Source: Amoebophrya sp. A120
Taxonomy: Eukaryota; Protista; Dinoflagellata
Reading direction: 5' to 3'
Assembly (NCBI GenBank): GCA_905178155.1
Contig: CAJINV010000007.1
Span: 3,299,800 to 3,363,799 of the forward strand
DNA: 64,000 nt
A program made the translations under genes and the position numbers. Positions 25,501 to 34,126 of this stretch are shown here, in pieces; position 1 is the first letter of the stretch, and each line of letters begins with the position of its first letter. Below the pieces are notes generated by a model. That model saw only the letters and a program-made list of their open reading frames with translations. It was not told the origin of the DNA and ran no database searches.

Positions 25501-26616
25501 ATCATGAGGAAGCCACAACTGCTGGCTCAGCATGAGAAGTTTCTGAGCTTCTAGGTGTTGCCTATTCTGCATGACAAACTCATAAAGAAAGAACTTCGTA
25601 AAGAAAGAACTTCGTAAAGAAAGAAAGAAGCAAGCACTTCGTATTTTGAAAGCGTCGCGCTTCGTAAAAGCACTTCGTTTGTTGGAGTCGCTACGTGATG
25701 AAGCAGATAGCTCATGTAGAAATAAGCAGCAGATACTTCAACGCGTGCGCAGCTTGCGGGGGGGTGACTCCTGTGGTCCCCCCCCACTCGTTGCGCCTTT
25801 TTCCAAAACTGCAGGGACTTGCTTCCTTTTTTTTCCAGCAGTGGCTGGCGGGGTAAGATCAAGGCCGGGGCTAGTGACATTGTTGCAAAGTCATAGGGCG
25901 CAGAGTCTGATAGCAGTAGCACACAGCACCAAAATACTTAGCCCATAGCGTTTTCCGAAGTTCCTCAGTGGCTGCACCTCGCCTCTCTGTCTTAGTCAAA
26001 AACATAAGCACAAAATGGACTGGCGTAGCCGCGCACATGCATGCACGCGGAGGGGAAGATGGAATAGAAGGGTGGCGGCAACGCGGGAGCCAGGACGCAG
26101 CCCGGATTTTATCAAAAAGGTACGGCCTAAGGCCTCGGGAACGCCGAGCACACCCGCGCACTTCTTCGTGAATCGCCCACCGCTTTTTTTGCGTCAGCTG
26201 TGTCGGAATAAAAAAAAAAAAGAAAAAAAGAAAAGAAAGAGGACGCAACAAAAAAAAAAAAGAAAAAATAAAAAGAAAAGAAAAAAGAAATCAGCGAAAA
26301 CCGACCGGCGTACGAATTGCCTAGCAAAAAAAAAAAAATTCTGCATGACAAACTGCGTTTCTGCATGACAGAAAAGTGGCGCTCTTTGGTAACGTGCATG
26401 ACAGATTTGAGAGTCATGCCAGACACGCATGACAAACATGGACTCTTCCAGACCCAGACATTTTTACATTTGATAACGACTGTCGCAACCCGACCGGGTA
26501 CGGCGAGACGACCGAGCACCGCTGGAGGGCGGCCAAGCACTGCCGGAAGGGCCGCCAGTACTGCAACGCCGACCGTTACGTGGGCGGCTGGGGAGGGGAA
26601 TGAAGAAAATGCATGA
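22579..26616 (+). CDS. Multi-exon coiled-coil protein with an ISLDxxCLxCSG...FKMACLxY motif and C-terminal RPST repeats, containing two introners
   Basis: GT-AG introns at 23378-23555 and 23879-24017. TIR elements at 24683-24853 and 25450-26475. Spliced junctions read QILAQARTV and RPSTAATTVATRPGTARRPST. Confidence 0.8.
24683..24853. mobile_element. Introner/MITE-like element C (171 bp), nearly a full hairpin
   Basis: TIR of about 54 bp (tatcacacagaaaaaaactggcaggtcatatttgtaatgcaaaaataaatagaca and its complement, 4 mismatches). TSD TTGGC at 24678-24682 and 24854-24858. Confidence 0.95.
25450..26475 (-). mobile_element. Introner family D copy 1 (reverse orientation, enlarged by a nested insertion)
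   Basis: TIR taccaaatgtaaaaatgtctgggtctggaa / ttccagacccagacatttttacatttgata. TSD ACGAC at 25445-25449 and 26476-26480. Internal sequence is colinear with the 34210 and 36184 copies when reverse-complemented. Confidence 0.93.
25581..26337 (+). mobile_element. Nested poly(A)-ended insertion (retroposon-like) inside the introner
   Basis: Flanked by the 17-bp direct repeat attctgcatgacaaact (25564-25580 and 26338-26354). Ends in an A-run and has an A-rich tract at 26208-26290. Removal leaves 252 bp, matching siblings of 250 and 259 bp. Confidence 0.7.
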
Positions 26617-27517
26617 TTCAGCAGTAGAGAACATTCGTTGTGTATTGAAGTGTTGCGTCAACATACATCCAGCCTTGAAGTGGAGTCTCACTGAGTTCTC
26701 TAAAAAGCGAGACTTCGTTCATTGTGACCAGCATGAGTCCTGTTTCCATACAGTTTCAGTTTCATCAAGAGCGTAAAGTAGCCAAGAAAAAAAACCAGAA
26801 AAATGCACACAGAATGATCTAGCACTATTGCACAAGAGATGACAGTTTCAAAAGTTTCATCATCAAGTAATGAACGGACACGACTCCTCGATGCTGCAAA
26901 GTGAAAGCGATTGACAATCAAAGCGTAAGCGAATCGCGTTCGAAAAAAGTAAACTCTACGTTTCGTTTGGTACCAGGTCGAGGACTTTCCTCAAGACCTG
27001 TAATGAAATGCTGTTTTACTGGCCGCTTTAATATTCGTGTTCCGACGTGCTATATTAAGTGCTAGTGCGGCGCTCTCGTCGTGTTTACAGCAGCGCGTGC
27101 GTGTTTTCGTATCGATCTCTCGAAGAACGAGATGAGTTGTGATAGGCTACTGACATAACGGCGAGTTTTGCGTTGTTGCTGCAGAACCGAAATCGAAAAT
27201 CGGCTCGAGAATGAACCATGAATCTTTCTTGTTGATGTTGCCAAAACCTTTCGATCTAAATAAAAATGTGTCACAGTGGTATTGCTAGTTAGAAGGAAAA
27301 CTTGATGATTTCCCGTCGACAGCATACAATTACGACGAAAATCTGGCATTTTAGCTTTCTTCCTGAAATTCAAAATCTGAATCACATGTATTACATGGAG
27401 AACCAGTCTCGCAACAGCAAAGTCCTACAGCCGCGGTCCTTGTAGCTCGACAACCTTCCGTTTCATCCGCGGAGCGCACGGAGCTACATCGAACTTGCGT
27501 CACAAGTACACCTACCG

Positions 27518-30500
27518 ATGACAGGCGGTGCACCAGGTGCAGCTGTGTCCTCTTCGAGTGCGGCTCCGCTGCGACCGGCCGAGGAAAGCGGGATCCAGCA
27601 GTTGACATCATCCACCGGAGCAGGAGGAGGAGCACCCTCTGCCACCCAAGATGGAGGTGGTACTTCTAACCCCATCGGGCGGGCCAGTGGTCGTTTCTCG
27701 TACGCGTCGATCGCAAACGCGCGGAGCAAAGACCTCCAATCCGTCGACGCGGCGGAGTTGGACGCCAGTGCGGCCAGCAACCGGAACAAGCGGCGGTTGG
27801 AGCGGGTTAGCGACCCGGAGCTGAACCGCACGCTGGACAAGATCATGGTGGACTGCAGCGGGTTGGGGTTCGACTCCTTCTCTTCCAGCAAGCGGGCAAA
27901 GGTGGCGGACGAGCAAGGCGGGGTAATGCTGTTTTTGGATAATAGTGAAAATCAAAATCTTCATGAGGATTCTTGTACAAGAGCATACCAGGAGAATAAT
28001 TATGATGATGTTCCTCATTCCTCTTGTCCTGACGGAGAGGAAGAAGTACTGCCTGTGCCAGAGGTGGTGGTCCTGGACCAGAATGCGGAAGAGGATCCGC
28101 CTAAGCAGGAGTCTTTTTTCGACGCAGCAGAGCTTCGTTCGTTGCCGCCAGATTTCGATTTTCCACATGGCAGCTGCACTAAGGGTAAGGACCGGCATAA
28201 GCACAGTTTTAGTACTCGGGGGAAGATGAACTACCTCGACCTGCTCAGTCCTTCGCACCAGCCCGGAGCTGAAAATGCGAAGAAAAGTGAACAAGACTTG
28301 CTACCCTTTTCCCCTCTAGTGTCGTGGAGAGATGACGATATCGATAGCGAGCGAGAGAACGCTAGTGAGATTGATGAACCAATCGAAATAACTGGGGACG
28401 AAAACAAGCAGACCCGATCTCCTACTCCTGGGAAGGAAGTTTTGCCACTGTCACCTCTGCAGCTAGACTCGTTGGAAGGCGAAGCGGCAGCAGGGCAGGC
28501 GAAGACTTTTGAGCCAAGGAGGAGCAGGTGGTTTGAAGAGTGCGTTGCTGGAGATGAAGCCAGGAGCCATGGCGTCGATGGAAAGACCATCATGATTACC
28601 AGACGAATGCAGGACCCCTGGAGCTACATCGACGGAGGACTCACGCGGAAGAACCACAGGAGCGGCCGGAACAATGACGCTGACACGGGGCTGGGGCAGC
28701 AAGGATCGTCGTCGGCTCGGCAAGTTCGCGACCTTGCGGAGGAGGCACAAGCGGAAGAGCACGCTGATAATCTCGATTCCTCAGCGCATTTGCTAAATAC
28801 CGCGTTGTTTTTCGGGCCGCCAATAACCTCGGAGACGACCAACGTTAAGCCTTGTCCGCATCAGAGTCGAACGCATCACGATAGATGCCCGCTTTCTGCT
28901 TCCTTCTCCACGACTGCCTCAAGTCCGTTTTATTCCTCAACCGCATCCTGCTCCCACGATGAGGGCAGCACGACTCTGGAACTGCACTACTACCTGCCAG
29001 ACACAGCGTATAGTTCTGACACGGGAACAAGAGAAGCTGATGCATTTCCGCATCGCGGGGGAGAGTGGGGCCCGGATGGATTTCTGGATGAGAGCCCGAG
29101 ACGGCCGCAGGAGCGTCGGACTGTAAAGGCAGGCACTTCATCATCTGCAGTGGGAGGGCAAAGAAGTGCGAGGGCCGCGAGGACCCCTGGACCACGGCGC
29201 CTCCAGAGCTCAAGTCTGACAGCGTCGCATAGTCTGAGAAACAGCCGCGAACCGTCTGCAACTACTACGCGGCGAAGTGCAGGGAACAAGATGGATCTCT
29301 TTACAACTTCGGGACGAGACGTGGACAATTTTTGTGGTAATGCATCTCGACGGCCTTACAGAAACAGATACAGTAGCTCGCCACTCCGACGCCCACCGTC
29401 CGCTTCTGCGAGCAAAGTGAAGCTGGATCAGCCTAAGGCCCTGTCCGCTTCCTACCCGCCGCCGTCCCCGTCGAGAGTGCAGCGAGGCGGTCTCGCAGAG
29501 GCAGCCACTGGATCATCGTCCACTTCCAGGTTGGTGGCAAGGGTCCTGCCCTCGAGAATACCGCAGCCTCGAGGACTGCCACAAGCCGCTGCGCCACCAA
29601 TACCACTAGCTAGGTCCCCCTACCCTTTGCGCTTATCCTTACCAGCAGAAAATCAAGACTTGGCATCGCTATTGCACATCAGCCGCAGGAGTTGCAGCAG
29701 GAGGAGCGTCACTGTGCGAAATCGGGATTATGACAGCTGGAAAGCTCAGTCTCAGAGACAGAGTGTGGACAAACCTTCGGCGCGAGGACATGACGACAAC
29801 TTACACTTGCAGCGGACACAAATGGGCAGCGAAAAGAACGGTTCAACTATGAAGGGTTCCGGCGGTCCGACCTGTTTACATCAACCTAGGATAAGTGTAA
29901 GCAGGCGAGCGGAAATGAGAGAGCATAACGAGCGAGCACCTTCGACCTCGATATCGATCGAAACTGAATCGAACGCAAAAAATCAAGTGCCAGACGACCC
30001 AGATGAAAGCAAGCCCACCTCCCGGGCGCGACCCTCTCAATCCCTGAGGGCCAGTCTTCTGCGCCTTCCCTCTGTGAAGGTAGTCCGAGATGATGCCACT
30101 ACTTCGACGGAAATTGTTGCACAAAGCGTGAGCCACAGCAGTTGGAGTTGCAGTGCCCATACAGAAGACAGAGATCATAGAGATAAGAAGCAGCTCCAAA
30201 TATTACAGCATCAAGAAAATTTACTACCCGCGCTTCTGAACGACCTAAAATCCTAAAATCGTCTTCTCAGGTCCGCGCTGTAGCGCCGCAACGCTTGCAG
30301 CAGCAGGACTTGTCGTTACTCAGTCTCTCCGGCGCCAACAGCTCGCTACTCAACTCCTCGGCTGCCGTGGGCGCCGCAGCCATCGGGAACAATACGTCGG
30401 CTTCGAGCAGCGGCCTCCTCTTGCCCGGTGCGAGCGAACAGATTGGCGGCTCCTCGGCCTCCTCCTCGTTTCACAAGTACAACCCGCCGTTGCGGCGCAA

Positions 30501-32918
30501 CACCCCGCCACGGCAGGGACCCCCAGCGCGACATGGCTTGTACGCGAACGCACAAAGCAGCGGGTACGGACCGCCGATCGGCGCGAAAGCAAGGGCGGGA
30601 ACGCCGCGGAGCGCCACCGGGGATATGACCTTGGTTGGGCTGGGCTCGGTTGCAAAGGCGGGAAGACCGCCCTCTCCGAGATTGGTAGAGATTTTCATCT
30701 TGATGTTTGGTGTAACCTGAATTGGTATACTGTTCAACTGTGCACGGATCCCCATTCCTCTGAAATGTCATGCCTTTTTAGTCTCTACTATCTGGAATGC
30801 ACAATTTCCACATGCCGATGACTCGTCAAAAACTCCACCTCTTCCTTCTTCCCAGGGCCAACAACCGGCTTCCGCGAACAACCCGGAACAACAGGGAAAG
30901 CGCGTGGGCGGGTGGACCGCGAAGTTGGCCGCGAGTACGGCGATTACCGCGGAAACGAAGGAGCTTGAGGAGGAGAGGAACAAACTCAACCTGGAGATCC
31001 AGGAGCTCTCGGAGCGGCGGAAAAAGGCGGAGAAGACGGTGCAGGAGCTGCAACGCGAGGAAGCAGAACTAACGATTAAAGAGGAGGAAGCAGTGATGCA
31101 ACGCGACGAGTTCATCGAGAGACTCAAGTCCGCCCGCGAAACGTGGCAGGCGAAGATCCAGGCGAAGAAAAAGCAGAAGGACGAGATGGAGCGGAAGGTG
31201 GAGATTAGCCGGAAAGAGCTCCGCTACGCCACGGAGCGGTTTGATACGCTGCAGCGGACGAAGCAGCTGGAACTCGAGGAGATCGCGAAGCACAACAACC
31301 GGAAAAAGTGCATTGAAGAGGAGTTCAAACTGCGACACAAGGAGGAGATGGCGAAGTTGAAGGAGATCGAGTCCTGGAAGGCGCGCATCGAGGAAGCGCA
31401 ACTGTACAAGCAGAAGATCCAGCAGAAAAGGTCGCTGTTGGTGTTGAAAACGAAGGAACGGTATCCTGTGCAAAAGTATCGTACTCGTACAAATGCAAGT
31501 CTTGCATTACAAATCTTGTTTCCAAGGCAAATCTGCATATACAAATTTTATTTCTCATGCTGAGGAAATTTGTCATGCATTTATACGAATAAGATACTTT
31601 TGCAGTTCATAAACAGTTCAACGAGTACATTGAGGTGAAGGGGAACATCCGGGTTTTCGTCCGGATCCGCCCGATGACGCCAGCGGAGGAATCCAACAAG
31701 GAGAAGGCGGCGCAGATGAAGATTGACGAGCGCAGCGGGAACATGGAACTGGAAAGCGCATCGTTTTTAAACGTGAGCGGGTGCGAGAAACAGACGAACA
31801 AGTGGACGTTTCACTACGACCGGGTCTTCAACACGGACGCAAGCCAGAAGATCGTGTTTGAGGAAATCTCGCAGCTGGTCAAATCGGCGCTGGACGGGTA
31901 CAAGGTCGCGATATTCGCCTATGGGCAGACAGGTAATGTGGATTTTTGTTCTCGAGATCGCATTTGTTTTGTTTTGCGGTCGTTCCGTACTGCACTTCTT
32001 AACTGAAACCATGCATAAGCATCAGCAACTGAGCGGCAAATGTCCATCACAGGCAGCGGCAAGACTTACACGATGGAGGGCCCCCCTCAGCAGGCGATCA
32101 CGGAAAAGAATTTCGAGCGCAACGCGGGCATGATCCCCCGGGCGGTAAAGCACGTGTTTCAGCACATGCGGAACACGAGCGGGTGGCAGTTTGAGTGCTC
32201 GATCAGCTTCATGGAGATCTACAACGAGAACATCCGGGACTTGCTGAACAAGGGCAAGGACGTCAGCGTCATCATGGCCCCCGACCACGAGAGCACCACG
32301 AACGCCAGCACGTTCAAGGTGGAGCGGGAGGAGGACGTCCGCGACGCCTTGCAACGAGCGCACTCGCTCCGGTCCTACGCCAGTACCGCGATCAACGACC
32401 GGTCCTCGCGGTCGCACACGGTGTTCCAGCTGAACCTCCACGGGAAGGGGCCCCGGAACACGACCTTGAAGGGGCTGCTGTCTTTGGTGGATTTAGCCGG
32501 CTCCGAGCGGGTGGAGAAATCAAAAGCGACCGGGGATCGGATGAAAGAGGCCCAGCACATCAATAAGTCTTTGTCCGCTTTAGCAGGCGTGATCACGGCG
32601 CTATCGGATAACAAGTCGTCGCACATCCCCTACCGGGACAGCAAGCTCACCCAGATGCTGAAAGACAGTCTCGGGGGGGACAGCAAGACCTTGATGTTTG
32701 CGAACATCTCCCCGTTGGACAAATACTTGTCGGAATCGATCAACAGCTTGAGATTCGCCGCGCAAGTGAACTCCGTGCACCACTCGCAGTCAACGGCCAA
32801 GCGGGGCACACCGGCCGGAAGTAAGACAGGAGCGGCAGCAGGGAGTGGTGGTACCGCGGGTGCCGCCGCGTCGAGCAGCAGTGGCGCGACCGGGGGTGCG
32901 GCCGGACCCAACAAGTGA
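27518..32918 (+). CDS. KIFC1: Kinesin-14 (KIFC1/Kar3/Ncd-type, C-terminal motor) with a long disordered N-terminus and coiled-coil stalk
   Basis: Neck NEYIEVKGNIRVFVRIRP, P-loop YGQTGSGKT (split by intron 31933-32052), SFMEIYNENIRDLL, NDRSSRSH, LVDLAGSER, HIPYRDSKLTQML. Other introns are 30080-30270, 30685-30855 and the TIR element 31462-31611. Linkage of the 27518-30079 exon is less certain than the motor part. Confidence 0.88.
31462..31611. mobile_element. Introner/MITE-like element E (150 bp) in the kinesin neck
   Basis: TIR tatcctgtgcaaaagtatcgtactcgtacaaatgca / tgcatttatacgaataagatacttttgcagttcata (29/36). Imperfect TSD AACGG/AACAG. Removal gives KE(R/Q)FNEYIEVKGNIRV. Confidence 0.92.
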
Positions 32919-34126
32919 GTGGATTGATGGTGCGCCGCGCAGGGGAAAGTGCTTGTAAAAGTCGCAGCAGTACAAACAATTTTCGATCGTACACTACATC
33001 TCGAGCTTTTTCTCGTAACCTTAATACTTGTAACAAACCGAAATAACACTTCCCGGTCGAACTCGAACGCCAGATTTGACCGCAGAGCTTGTTTCTATTT
33101 CACAAATATTAACCGAAGCGACCGAAACCGAAGGTGAATATCCGAAGCAACCAGATTTTTTGGAAATCATCAGCGTATTTTGTAGTCGAAGCACAGTAAA
33201 GTGATACAGGAAAATGTATGGCTCCATGCGGCCGAGATTCTGTGTGGAGTTCCTGAGTAACATCGAAATCAGTCGAAACAGATAAAGAGAAAAAAGAATG
33301 TCTGCAGGAAATAATTGTCCACGGTGGAACCTCCACTTGATGAATCATCGACAAGGTCCAGGGTCCAATCACATGAAAAATACAGTCGCAGCAACAAACC
33401 ACGAACAAGCTTTCTGTTTTCGGAAAGTGATTTACGCTGCCTTAGACTTTGTCAGTTCACAGGTGGCTATGCAGCTGTAAATGCTCCAGTTTTATTTGTG
33501 TTGCTTTTCTACCATGGATGCTGCTATCGCAATATCGTCTCACCGATCCTTCGTCGTCTTGCTCCGCTTCGATTTATTCGTAATTACACGGGATATTCCT
33601 GATCGGTTCTCGGTTTTCATCGTAGCTGTGATTTTGACTTTCGCCTCGTGACAACAGATCTACTGGCTGGTGCATCCATTTCGTTCGCGGTCAAGATTCG
33701 ACAGTCGCTCGCTGTCGCTTTTTGGCAAGGCGAGCAGCGCGTCGATGTGACTGAAGGTCGTGCGGTCTTCGTTGGTGCTTTATTGACGAGGAGGCAATAA
33801 GATGTGAGAGCTCGTGGAGTTGCTGCGGCTAGTAATTCTTTTCGCTTCATTTTCTGCTCCCGTCGCTGTGATAATGAGTATGTATCTATCACATTGTTGA
33901 AAAGTTGTAGCTTAGAAGACTCACTCTGAACAAAACATAGTTGGAGAGCGATGTAACTGCTGTCCAAGTTGTCCAAGACAAAAATGAAGTGATAAAGAAG
34001 GCCCTCAGAAGAAACTACTGAAACAGATTCCACTGCTCGAGCAATTACTGAACATTTCCGTTCGGTTTCGCTCCTCCACAGCTGCTGCTTCCCGCCCGGC
34101 GCTGACAGCTCTGTTTCGTCGTCAAG

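Noticed and set aside
25594-25680. Short repeats (aagaaagaacttcgta, cttcgta) as a CRISPR-like array
   Set aside because: Repeats are too short and irregular, there are no unique spacers or cas genes, and the context is eukaryotic.
26015-26368. Lys-rich ORF and Phe-rich antisense ORFs
   Set aside because: These are translations of an A-rich tract inside the nested insertion.
31461-31616. Canonical GT-AG intron in the kinesin neck
   Set aside because: It removes one base too many and puts the motor domain out of frame.
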